64,000 bases of DNA. Source: a virus (taxonomy: Duplodnaviria > Caudoviricetes). Location: IMG/VR virus record IMGVR_UViG_3300028580_000062, positions 9,428-73,427 of that record; one strand, given 5' to 3'. The notes beneath the pieces were generated by a model, which ran no database searches, was not told the DNA's origin, and saw only the letters and a list, made by a program, of their open reading frames with translations. Position 1 is the first letter of the stretch. The number at the start of each line of letters is the position of its first letter. The translations under genes were made by a program, and so were the position numbers. Below, one piece after another: positions 11,157 through 20,852 of the stretch.

Positions 11157-11600
11157 GGGTTGAGACAATGGCAATCGTGGAGCAATTCCCTTGTACCAAT
11201 CCGGCGTCAAGGTGGAGACAGTGGACGCCAGACCCGGATGCCATATATAAGGTACGTTCAAACAGTGGAGCAATTCCCGCGAACGTACAAAAGCGTGTCG
11301 ATAAGTTTTCGCAAACCGAAAAAAGCGGTTGAACAATTTCCGCGAACGGATGGGCAGAAAATCGAAGGTTCACGAGAACTGGTCAATAAGGAGACATCAA
11401 GATGGAGCAATCGGGCCACGTTGAGACCGTGGTTCTGATGGAGTTACATAAATAAAAAAGCTTCAAAATAGTGCTTAACAAAGGGATTTCTGCAATTTGC
11501 CAGTTGATGAGAATCAGCTCGCTTGAGACAGAAATCCCTTCTTTTTTTAGTCTTCGGAGACAGTGAGACAATAAGAATGTTGATTTCAGGGTTGAGACTA
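11157..11600 (+). repeat. Cluster of degenerate rlmD/rumA-3'-end-like att-site remnants
   Basis: GTKGARCAATTYCC at 11177, 11265, 11328 (VEQFPCT/VEQFPRT); GTKGAGAC at 11159, 11212, 11420, 11591; GGC CAC GTT GAG ACC GTG GTT CTG ATG = GHVETVVLM at 11414-11440. Confidence 0.65.
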
Positions 11601-11687
11601 TAGAACTACTGTATCCTGACATTTGCGAGGATGCGAATGGTTGTTTTTAATCAGAACAGAAAAATGTTCTGATTGAAAGGAGACTCT

Positions 11688-12719
11688 ATGACAGACATTA
11701 ATACGATTCTTCCAAATGCAGTTGAAGGGCAGGAAGCTTTCATCCTCGACCATGGCAAAGTTGTTGATGGTGCATTAAAGTACCAAGACGAGCTAACAAG
11801 CTATGGCTGGAACATCAAGCAGTTTAACAAAATGCATGTAGGTGCCTTTGTGCTTAATAGGCATCCAGGTAAGATAACAAAGGACAGGAAATTCGAAATA
11901 TATGCAGGTGGCTATGTTGACAGCATTTCTGATCCTGACGAAGATGGAAACGTTACGGCAACCATCACTCATGCATTTAATATTGTGCCGCCAATCAAAC
12001 AAGGTGACTCTTTCATTGAGAATTTTGAGTGGAAGAGTAAAAATAAGCGGCCAAGAAGCTGGGAGCACTTCTGGAATCAATATGGCATGAACACTATAAG
12101 CTATGCGGAATATGAGAAAATCATAAATGCAGCACATTGTATTCCTGCTGGGGATGTAACCGCAGAAGTGGTGCCAGATGAGCCAGATATCACTGCAGAA
12201 GAAGTTGATGAGCTTGAGAGCACAAATGCAAACGGCTTTGATGTTGTCCTTGAGGAAGATGGTCCTATTCATGCACAAAGAGAAAAGAAGTATAGTGGTA
12301 TAGCAAGAACCATCGACTTCGAGAAGATCCAAAAGGCTAAGAATAAAACTGGTGCTTTAGGAGAAGAAATCGTACTCGATATCCTCATTCAAAAGGCAGC
12401 AGCAGAAGGTCTCAAGGCTCCCGTTCATGCATCAAAGGAAGAGGGAGATGGCCTAGGGTATGATATTCGGAGCTGGGATGCAGCTGGCAATGAAATTCAT
12501 GTTGAAGTCAAAGCATCCAGGAATAAATATGCTGACGGATTTGAAATGTCATACAACGAGGTCATGGCCTCAAAAGATGGCCGATATAAATATCGAATAT
12601 ACAGACTTTACAATCTGAATTCCAAAACGAAAGAGTGCCGGCTAAAAATTTATGACGGCCCAATTACCGAAGAGGGCTATAAATTGGTCAGTACAAAAAT
12701 TGCTGTATATCAGAAATAG
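11688..12719 (+). CDS. DUF3883 (NO VEIN C-terminal, PD-(D/E)xK-type) nuclease domain protein, putative defence
   Basis: GALGEE...GDGLGYDIRS...VEVKAS...FEMSYNE motif at the C-terminus; AAAGGAG RBS before ATG 11688. Confidence 0.75.
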   Translation: MTDINTILPNAVEGQEAFILDHGKVVDGALKYQDELTSYGWNIKQFNKMHVGAFVLNRHPGKITKDRKFEIYAGGYVDSISDPDEDGNVTATITHAFNIVPPIKQGDSFIENFEWKSKNKRPRSWEHFWNQYGMNTISYAEYEKIINAAHCIPAGDVTAEVVPDEPDITAEEVDELESTNANGFDVVLEEDGPIHAQREKKYSGIARTIDFEKIQKAKNKTGALGEEIVLDILIQKAAAEGLKAPVHASKEEGDGLGYDIRSWDAAGNEIHVEVKASRNKYADGFEMSYNEVMASKDGRYKYRIYRLYNLNSKTKECRLKIYDGPITEEGYKLVSTKIAVYQK

Positions 12720-12830
12720 ACCTGTGCGTTCTTGCAGTCCAAGCGGTGATTACATATAAAAAGTGGCAGATCGGAGATTACACAGTCTGTCATTTCAGAT
12801 CCTTCAGAAGCGGATCGCATTACCTTATAA

Positions 12831-13330
12831 TTACAGCATATGCTGTGTGTAATGCGCTGGCGCATCGACAACATATGTCTGTTGTGGAACTTGCTCATCA
12901 TATGCAGCTCTGTCCACAACATATTTCGTCTTTTCCTTCTCTATGGGTGCCACATCTTTCTTATGGACTGGAATATTCCTTGTATGCCTCACTGATCTCC
13001 AGTCCTCGAATGTTCCACCCTTATGATACTTCGCAATCCAGTAGGAGAGCACACATCTATACCGTATTTCATATTTCTGGCATACTTCGCTATAAAGTGT
13101 GTCTACATATACCTCCAGTAAGGCAGTCAGTTTTTCATCAGATGTGAGCCTCTTTGCAGGCTTCTTGAGACCTTCTTCTACTTCGTTCCTGTAGATCTCA
13201 CAGACGACTCTGACAACTGATGTGCTGATGCATGCTTTCTTTCCGAGCACTGCATATGGGTCTTCTTTGTTTCACGTTCTTTGATCAGATGAAGCTTCCT
13301 TTGCAATGTCATCTTTGACTTTCGTCCCAT
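12831..13330 (-). pseudogene. Degenerate IS3-family-like transposase orfA remnant
   Basis: MGRKSKMT... start at 13330 frameshifts into an HTH-like segment EKLTALL...SEVCQKYEI...LSYWIAKY; no DDE domain or IRs found. Confidence 0.45.
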
Positions 13331-13710
13331 TTTGCGTCTCTTTTAGATATTCGAAGACTCTACTTAGTTCAAGCATAACGCACAGCCATTTAAAAAATGC
13401 AGTAAAATGTTGATTCCGAGGTAAAAAATCTATGAAAGAGTATCTGATTGCGCTTGTAAAATAAGTAATTTGACCTCTGATTATTTAACATGTTACTGGT
13501 TGAAGGTTACTTTGTCCCCTACATTGTAGGTTGTCAAATCTATGCATAGTGTTAAAATCATTTGTATAGGTTTCATGTTTTATATTTTGTTAATGAGAGT
13601 ATGGAATTAAAAATGGACTTTCAAAGCAGTACGGGATACGTATTTCGCGTTTTGGAGTGTGCATGGGAATATGTTACATGATTTTAGGTGCTTGCAAAGA
13701 AAAGGGGTAA

Positions 13711-14745
13711 ATGTATATGGCAAAAACAATATCACTATTCAACAATAAAGGAGGTGTAAGTAAGACAACAACTACCTTCCACTTAGGATGGAAGCTAGCT
13801 GAAAAGGGGTACAAGACATTAATCGTAGATACTGATCCACAATGTAATTTGACCGGATTATGTATAAATGCTGATAAGGAAAACAAGTTGTTTGATTTTT
13901 ATAAGAGCAACAATGATAATATTAAAAACTCTCTTTCTCCTGTGTTTTCTGGGAAGCCTGAACCACTCAAAGCAACAACATGTTTTCAATTTGATGCAAA
14001 TAAAAACTTGTTTTTATTGCCTGGGCACATAGATTTTTCTGAATATGATGCTACTTATAGTGTAGCAGAAAACTTGACAGGTTCTTTGGCTCTATTTCAG
14101 AATGTGCCAGGTGCGCTACGCAAGCTTCTTGAATTAACTGGGAATCGATACAATATCGACTATATATTAATTGATATGAGTCCTAGTATTTCAGCAACAA
14201 ATGCAAATATTTTGATGGAAAGTGATTTTTTTATTTTACCATGTGCACCTGATTATTTTTGTTATATGGCTATTGATTCACTAGAAAAAGTTTTTCCACG
14301 TTGGAATAATACCTATAAAAAATTAAGAGAAAATACAATATTCAAAAATGCTTCATACAAAATTAGTGATTCTGCACCTAGGTTTATAGGCACAATACAA
14401 CAAAGGTATCGTCCAAGAAACGGTTCTCCTGCAAAGGCTTTTTCGGAATGGATTGATGACATAAATCGCCTTGTTTCAAACAAATTAGTTCCTGTTTTAA
14501 AGGATAATGATATGGTTATTTGTTACGAAGCTGCAAACTATGAAAATCATTACAATTTAATTAATATTGCTGACTTCAATAGTTTAATTGCACAATCCCA
14601 AGCTAATAACACTCCCGTGTACTTATTAACGCAAGAGCAGGTTCAAAAATCAGGAAGCGTATGGGATAATATGAAGAAAAATATAGATGATTTTAATAGT
14701 ACTTTTGATACTTTAGCTAATCGTGTTATTCAAGCCACGCGATAA
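13711..14745 (+). CDS. Orphan ParA/Soj-like (AAA_31) ATPase
   Basis: Deviant Walker A FNNKGGVSKTTT, DTDPQCNLT, ILIDMSPS; AT-rich; no ParB partner. Confidence 0.85.
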   Translation: MYMAKTISLFNNKGGVSKTTTTFHLGWKLAEKGYKTLIVDTDPQCNLTGLCINADKENKLFDFYKSNNDNIKNSLSPVFSGKPEPLKATTCFQFDANKNLFLLPGHIDFSEYDATYSVAENLTGSLALFQNVPGALRKLLELTGNRYNIDYILIDMSPSISATNANILMESDFFILPCAPDYFCYMAIDSLEKVFPRWNNTYKKLRENTIFKNASYKISDSAPRFIGTIQQRYRPRNGSPAKAFSEWIDDINRLVSNKLVPVLKDNDMVICYEAANYENHYNLINIADFNSLIAQSQANNTPVYLLTQEQVQKSGSVWDNMKKNIDDFNSTFDTLANRVIQATR

Positions 14746-14816
14746 GTATTACATGAAGTTGAATGAACAGATCTGCCGCAATGTAATTTTGTAAAGTGTA
14801 TTTCTTATTTTTTTCT

Positions 14817-15290
14817 TTATTCTTCTATTCCAATCGTCACCCCTGATTTGAATTCCATGGTGAAGTGATACCGAAACACAGTGATCTTTGGATGAGGTTT
14901 TTGTCCAATTCTGTGACTTCAGTTTTCTGCTGGCTGATGAAGTCCTGCAGTTCTTTGATCCGGTTCATGGCTTCTTCCCGGCAGTGATCGTCTATTTCGG
15001 ATTTTCTTTCTGCTCCCGGAGCCGGAAGATTTCGTCAGCGATGGCATCGTAGTCTTGCTTGCTGCTGACCTTCTTGATGAGTTCCTTTTGCAGTTCCTCC
15101 AGCCTGCTCTGGATGCCGTCAGGCGAAAGGGTATCCGCATTGACTACGGCCTTGGCGATGCTTTTCTACAGGATTTTCAGGAAGGTGCCTTTATCAGTAA
15201 GAATCTGATTAATAGCCTTAACGGTAATGTCTTGCAGAATGGTTTCGTTTACTGTCCGGTTGGTGTCGCTTTCTGTACTGGTCTGTTCGC
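14817..15290 (-). pseudogene. 3' remnant of a large serine recombinase
   Basis: Reads NRTVNETILQDITVKAINQIL*...RLEELQKELIKK...YDAIADEIFRLRE...NRIKELQDFI...IQKITV...MEFKSGVTIGIEE* with a stop and frameshifts; clearly homologous to the C-terminus of ORF 62315..63874. Confidence 0.8.
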
Positions 15291-15388
15291 TTAGGTAGCA
15301 AAGCGGCAAAGAATCGTTTGACTTTTTTCCATACTCGATCGCACATTGGAACCAATACAAAATTATACGGCACAAGTACTGATTACAT

Positions 15389-15420
15389 AAAAAAGGAGCA
15401 GCCGGTCGACTCGGCTGCCC
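15389..15420 (-). terminator. Rho-independent terminator after the left sigma-like gene
   Basis: Minus strand GGGCAGCCGAGTCGACCGGCTGCTCC followed by T6. Confidence 0.75.
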
Positions 15421-15432
15421 TTGGAAGTAAGA

Positions 15433-15918
15433 TCACTTCCAGTCTTTCAGTTTATTTCGTAACTGCTTAATGATGATCTTCTCCCGATAGGACACAGTGG
15501 ATTGTGGCATATGAACTTTTTTTGCAATTTCACGCGTACCCACTTTGTTGGCGTAGAGAATAATAATCTCTCTGTCAACCTGAGGAAGTTCATCGACAGC
15601 GTTGTGGAGTGCTTCGTTCAGCATACGGCGGATGACTTCATCTTCAAGAGAATAATCGTCTTGAATCTCCAAACCATCATCATCCATCTTTTCGATGGAG
15701 TATGGATCGCCATATGTGTCCTTCCAAGCATGGTACTTAGGACATTCTTCACAGTTTGCCATGCAGCGATGGGTACCAAGGAAACAGCGTCTTTCTCTTT
15801 CCTGACGCTTGCGTTCCTTCCACAGGGGACCTTTATAAGCCTTATACACTTCCTCTGTGACTGTTACCGTGTGCTTCCCTACTTCAACCGTGAATCCATT
15901 CTTTTCATTTGTTGACAT
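15433..15918 (-). CDS. Sigma-70 region-4 (ECF-like) factor, paralog of 24012..24488
   Basis: VTEEVYKAY..W.ERKRQ...RC...C..C and C-terminal HTH REIAKKVHMPQSTVSYR; ATG at 15918. Confidence 0.8.
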   Translation of the reverse strand: MSTNEKNGFTVEVGKHTVTVTEEVYKAYKGPLWKERKRQERERRCFLGTHRCMANCEECPKYHAWKDTYGDPYSIEKMDDDGLEIQDDYSLEDEVIRRMLNEALHNAVDELPQVDREIIILYANKVGTREIAKKVHMPQSTVSYREKIIIKQLRNKLKDWK

Positions 15919-16274
15919 TTTTTGTCTGGACCGGAGCCAAGCGTTACTGGATCGGGGAACAGACAAAAGGAACCACTGCACGCTTGTTCGGTATTGAGCC
16001 GATCCAGATGCGCAATGGTTCCCATTGAAGAAACATTGTGTGATGCAATTACCAGCCAGCAATGATGGTCATGAGCCCTGGACTGGTACTTTGAAAATGG
16101 TCTCGCTAGATGCGAGCACCGGAGTTGATCAAACTCTGATGTGTAAATAAAGGCAGTTTATAGCGTCATGCTCGGGACGCTTTTTGCTTAATTAGAGCTT
16201 AGAATATTGCTTAGTAGTCCGTCTATGAGCCACTTTTAATGTGCTTTTGTCTATAACGTTGTCGATGATTTATA

Positions 16275-16322
16275 CGTTTTGTCACCTAGTTGTCAAAACA
16301 CGTTGTATCTGTTGACAAAACG
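16275..16322. promoter_or_regulatory. Inverted-repeat operator between divergent sigma-like and XRE genes
   Basis: CGTTTTGTCA (16275-16284) / TGACAAAACG (16313-16322), with a related TTGTCAAAAC between them. Confidence 0.5.
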
Positions 16323-16352
16323 TGTATACTAAATGAAATGAGGGGAGTATTT

Positions 16353-16907
16353 ATGGAAGACAAAAGAGAAATAATGAGAAAACAATTTGGTAAAAGGTTG
16401 AACGATTTGCTGGAAGAAAAGAGAATGACAAAATACCAACTTGCACAGAATTGTGGTATTGACCGTGCAAATATCTCAAAATACATTACCGGAGAGAGGG
16501 TTCCTCAGATGGATGCATTTTTAGCAATATGTGACGAGTTGCAGGTTTCGCCAAATTATTTTCTTGACGTTCCAAGGTGTGATTATGTTTCAGACGAAGA
16601 CAAATCAATAGCAAGGAAAATTATCGAATCCTTGGTGCTATTAAGCACTGAAGGGATGATTCGTACAGGTGAAGAAGTGAATGGGGATAACTATAATCCA
16701 GAATATGATCCAGATTTTATCTTGGCACTTGGAAACAGCAAGGTTCTTAACCAGGTTATGGAAGAAATTAAAATATGGAGAAAATCTACTCTTGTAGCAG
16801 GTGAAAATATTTGTTCAAAGATTTGTGATGGCTATGAAGCCAAGCTAATGATGGAAATGAATGAGAATGCTGCGGGGGAGCTTTCAAGCGATGATCTTCC
16901 TTTTTAG
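16353..16907 (+). CDS. XRE-family HTH transcriptional regulator
   Basis: RLNDLLEEKRMTKYQLAQNCGIDRANISKYITGERVP...AICDELQVSPNYFL; GGGGAG RBS. Confidence 0.9.
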   Translation: MEDKREIMRKQFGKRLNDLLEEKRMTKYQLAQNCGIDRANISKYITGERVPQMDAFLAICDELQVSPNYFLDVPRCDYVSDEDKSIARKIIESLVLLSTEGMIRTGEEVNGDNYNPEYDPDFILALGNSKVLNQVMEEIKIWRKSTLVAGENICSKICDGYEAKLMMEMNENAAGELSSDDLPF

Positions 16908-16910
16908 ATA

Positions 16911-17090
16911 CTAAGGAATTTCCAGATCATTATTTATTTGCTCAAGTTGTAGATATACTTCATCAATAACTGAATCTGATAGGTCTTCTATAGAATTGGT
17001 GCCGTTGGATTCTAATACAGATTGAATAATTGCTAAATTGCAGAATTCTTTCATTTTGTTGACTAGCGATTCTATATCATTTTTTGTCAT
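16911..17090 (-). CDS. Small hypothetical protein (59 aa)
   Basis: ATG 17090 with upstream GGAG; acidic helical. Confidence 0.45.
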   Translation of the reverse strand: MTKNDIESLVNKMKEFCNLAIIQSVLESNGTNSIEDLSDSVIDEVYLQLEQINNDLEIP

Positions 17091-17249
17091 ATTCGACCTC
17101 CGACTTACTGATTTCATGGTTAGAATAGCTAGAAAGAATCGTTGCCTCAACGTTCTGCTTGTGCACAAAAAAAGCCCAGATTTACTGGACTTTTTAAATG
17201 GTCATTATAATAATGTGCATTATTTCGACTGTTTTTGTGTATCGTGCAT

Positions 17250-19187
17250 TCACATTTCAGTTTGAAAATCGTCTTGAATATCCGAAGGATTTTCAAATCT
17301 AACGGTTGCGTCACCCAGCTGCGGCAAGTCTCTTGAAGCTAAGTATTTGTTCCATAGTTCTAGATCAGGGGAGAAATAATAGAGCAAATAATAATATGCT
17401 CTGTCAATTGGATCGGTACTTTTTATTAGATCGACATGTATTTCGCCAAGTAGTAGCAGTGTGATTGCAGCAGATACCCCTAAACCAATTGAAAGCTGAA
17501 TGATTGTAGATTTTGCTGGTTGCTTTGTCTTCCCAGAGAGAATATTATCTAAGCATTTTCGACTTAGACCGGCATCCACAGCAATTTCATCTTGTTTTTT
17601 CCCAGACTGCTCATACAAATAACGTACTTTACCGGCAAGTGTAGTGATTGAATTGAGCATTTCGATAGTTGATGTTTCTTCTTCGAGCTTTGATGAGAGT
17701 TTCTGAATTGTATCAAAGTTGTCTCTTTCATTGAACATGTACTGTTTGTCGGGACCTACGAGGCAGTATAAGATACCATATTCATTTCTATGAGTGTACT
17801 TACAGCGTTTAACTTCGAACTGAAGACAACATTCTGTAGTGTGTCCAAGGGCATATTCTGTTAAGTAGCGCCCACTAATCTTATCAGTTATAACAAACTT
17901 ACTGTCATTTATGCATAAATGAGAATCAACGTATACGAGGGCGCCAAGCATAAACCCTTCGAGGAGATTTGGATAATCGATAAAGATCTTATTTAGTGTT
18001 TCCTCGTTGATTGTTATTGTATTCCCTTTTTGTAAAGTTCCATCCTCAAAACTATACGGTGTCACATAATGGCCATCGACATAATCGAGACATCCGGTGG
18101 CAGTAGTCCATCCCGCATAAATCATTCTCATTTTAACAGATTGTTTAGAAGTTCTATATGCAGTGGCCAGGTCTTCAGTCACTAGCGTATAGATCAATCC
18201 TTCGTTTTGATCAGGATATTTTTTACGGTATGACTCAAACGATTCGTTTACAGCCGTATTAAAAGTCTCTGAAGGCATGAATAAGCGGGAGGTAAGTTTA
18301 ACAACTTGTGCTTCAGCTAGATTCCTAAATTCTAAATCATCATTGTCTGCTTCGCACGTATCATCTGTAGATTCTGTCTTCTCTTCGATAGTGTTAATTG
18401 ATTCATCAAAACAAGAACGTAGCATCATTGCAAAACGGTCCAAGATAAAGTGGCAAAATTCATGGACTATTAATGTGTAGAGAGTTTTTAATTTCCTTCT
18501 ATTCAGAGTTGTAATGTCAATGATAATTGTGCCTGGCATTACATGCATGGTTTTTAACTCACCGTATTCATCAAATGTAGAAATATCGGACTCAGTAAAT
18601 ATTATCTCGGCTTGTACGTCTCCATACTGAGAAATTTGAGCATAAATTATTGATAACCTGCACGCATCAATTAGTTGCATAGGATTTAATGGACGACCGA
18701 CAGTAGGAATTTCACCGCAGTAGTTCATTAAAAGCTGCAGAGCAACGTCATCGTAGTCTTTATCATATAGTACCGGCAAAAGGATATCAGAATATGTATG
18801 AAGCCAATGCTCGGAGTCATATGGCTTAATTTCTTGAATTTTGAGATCTGGCAATTTCGCTGATAAATCTCCAAACACAACAACTTCAAAATATTTCGTG
18901 GTTGAGTATGATTCTGATAAAACGTTTTTACCTTTTGGATAAACAATAATTTGGCAGATTACTTTTATGTGACTTTCGATTGTGCCATTATCAAAACACT
19001 CACTAGTAGTATCGTGAATGTCTATATTTTCAAGTTCAAAATCAGAATGATCTGTTGCTGCATATGTATACAACTCTGGATGCTGCTCAAGCTGATCTTC
19101 AATGGCAGATTCGAGTTGTTCATGATAATTCATTTCTAATAATGCACTTAACTTGTACTGCGTATTAACCAATATAAATACCTCCAT
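17250..19187 (-). CDS. ImmA/IrrE-like metallopeptidase with C-terminal HTH
   Basis: HEFCH (HExxH) followed by EAQ; C-terminal XRE-like HTH QDEIAVDAGLSRKCLDNILSG. Confidence 0.8.
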   Translation of the reverse strand: MEVFILVNTQYKLSALLEMNYHEQLESAIEDQLEQHPELYTYAATDHSDFELENIDIHDTTSECFDNGTIESHIKVICQIIVYPKGKNVLSESYSTTKYFEVVVFGDLSAKLPDLKIQEIKPYDSEHWLHTYSDILLPVLYDKDYDDVALQLLMNYCGEIPTVGRPLNPMQLIDACRLSIIYAQISQYGDVQAEIIFTESDISTFDEYGELKTMHVMPGTIIIDITTLNRRKLKTLYTLIVHEFCHFILDRFAMMLRSCFDESINTIEEKTESTDDTCEADNDDLEFRNLAEAQVVKLTSRLFMPSETFNTAVNESFESYRKKYPDQNEGLIYTLVTEDLATAYRTSKQSVKMRMIYAGWTTATGCLDYVDGHYVTPYSFEDGTLQKGNTITINEETLNKIFIDYPNLLEGFMLGALVYVDSHLCINDSKFVITDKISGRYLTEYALGHTTECCLQFEVKRCKYTHRNEYGILYCLVGPDKQYMFNERDNFDTIQKLSSKLEEETSTIEMLNSITTLAGKVRYLYEQSGKKQDEIAVDAGLSRKCLDNILSGKTKQPAKSTIIQLSIGLGVSAAITLLLLGEIHVDLIKSTDPIDRAYYYLLYYFSPDLELWNKYLASRDLPQLGDATVRFENPSDIQDDFQTEM

Positions 19188-19635
19188 GGCGTGTTATGAA
19201 ACCGCTTTCTTCTGGGAAAATAATACAACATAATTTATTGAATCCTAGTCTTGACAGATGGGAAAAGTAGGAAATCCAACTTTTTAGTGAAAACTTTTAT
19301 GAAAAGCTTTTGTTAAGCCGTTATTATACTTTTTGTATTTAGTTAAATATGACTCATATGTCTAGAGAATTACAAATATCTGAAAATGGTGGAATATGGC
19401 GTTTTAAACTTGTTAATTTTTACAATGATGATTATTAAAAATATGAAAGACTAATATTGAAAAGTAACATTCTTGAAATTATGCGGGTGTGCTACGGTGG
19501 ATTTTCTATAGCAGACACCAATGAAAAAATCATTTTCTCTCAATTAATCTACATTATTTGCTACATAATTCTAATCATATATGACTTGCTATTTTATCTT
19601 GGCTGATCAATTAGTATATCAAGGAGGATTTTATA

Positions 19636-19872
19636 ATGACAACCGATATAAAACGCTATATATGCTTAATGTCAAATCTCAAGGATAAACTTTTGGATAG
19701 ATCTGATAAAGTTAACTGGGAAATTGTGGAAAATTTAGTTTGGACATTGATTAAAAGCGATTCTTCGGATGACGATGATCATATTAGCGAGACACTTACT
19801 GAAATGATTAACGGAGAGTTTCAATTAATAGAAGAAAACAATAGAAAAAAAGGTGTATGGCTAGTAAAATAA
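19636..19872 (+). CDS. Hypothetical protein
   Basis: AAGGAGG RBS, 78 aa, overlaps MTase ORF. Confidence 0.55.
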   Translation: MTTDIKRYICLMSNLKDKLLDRSDKVNWEIVENLVWTLIKSDSSDDDDHISETLTEMINGEFQLIEENNRKKGVWLVK

Positions 19873-20852
19873 GTAGGAATGGAGCCGAATATAAAGGTAT
19901 GATAAAATTAGAAGTGATTTCGCTGTTTGATAATAAGAATCAAGATGCTGGAGCGCAAAATACTAATCATGATGATAAGATTGAACAGATGAAAAAATGT
20001 CCTCACCTTGTACAATATCAAGGAAGTAAAAGAAATTTAGCACCTATTATCGTAAAGTACTTTCCAAAAGAGATTAAGCGCTTAATTGAACCATTTAGTG
20101 GGACTGCAGCACTTTCAATATATTCTGCATACAATGGATTGGCCGATTCCTTCTTGCTAAACGATATAAATTCGGCTGTTATAAAACTTTTGGAAAAATG
20201 CGTTACTGATCCAGATGCTCTAGTCGAAGAATATAAGAAAATATGGACTGGTCAATTTGCTGATAATACAGATAGTAATGATTATTATTACAAAATGCGT
20301 GAATTATTTAATAAAGGGAATCCCGATGAAGCTTTAACGCTTTTTATATTAGCACGTGTTGCAAAGGGAGCAATTAGATATAACTTACACGGTGAAATGA
20401 ACCAGATATGTGACAAACGCAGATTTGGTACGAAGCCTGAAAATGTATTGGAAAATGCTTGCGCAATTTCTTATTTACTAAAAAATCGAACAGAGTTTTA
20501 CAATACTGATTATAAAGATGTTTTGAAAATGGCAAAGAAAGGCGATTTGGTATACATGGACCCTCCCTACCAAGGGGTGATTTCTGGGCTTAGCCAACGC
20601 TATATAAGCGGATTAGACTTTGATGAGTTTGTTGATTCATTATCACAGCTCAACAAGAGAAATGTTGATTATATAGTAAGTTATGATGGTCAAACTGGGG
20701 ACAAAAAATTTGGCCAGGATCTTCCCGAGTCTCTTGAGTTGCAACATGTTCTTATTAATGCGGGGAGAAGCAGCCAGGCAACTTTGAATGGAAAAGTTGA
20801 AACTACTTATGAATCCTTATATATTAGTAAGGGGATACGAAAAGACTTATGA
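19857..20852 (+). CDS. Dam-like (D12 class) N6-adenine DNA methyltransferase; true start probably ~19989
   Basis: YQGSKR, IEPFSGTAA, YMDPPY motifs. Confidence 0.9.
   Translation: MASKISRNGAEYKGMIKLEVISLFDNKNQDAGAQNTNHDDKIEQMKKCPHLVQYQGSKRNLAPIIVKYFPKEIKRLIEPFSGTAALSIYSAYNGLADSFLLNDINSAVIKLLEKCVTDPDALVEEYKKIWTGQFADNTDSNDYYYKMRELFNKGNPDEALTLFILARVAKGAIRYNLHGEMNQICDKRRFGTKPENVLENACAISYLLKNRTEFYNTDYKDVLKMAKKGDLVYMDPPYQGVISGLSQRYISGLDFDEFVDSLSQLNKRNVDYIVSYDGQTGDKKFGQDLPESLELQHVLINAGRSSQATLNGKVETTYESLYISKGIRKDL

Noticed and set aside
11160-11438. 92-aa ORF as a real gene
   Set aside because: It is a chance concatenation of rlmD-like att fragments with no convincing RBS
11553-11570. GGAGACAGTGAGACA similarity to the 33.4-kb origin arms
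   Set aside because: Too short, and equally explained by the neighbouring VET-type att fragments
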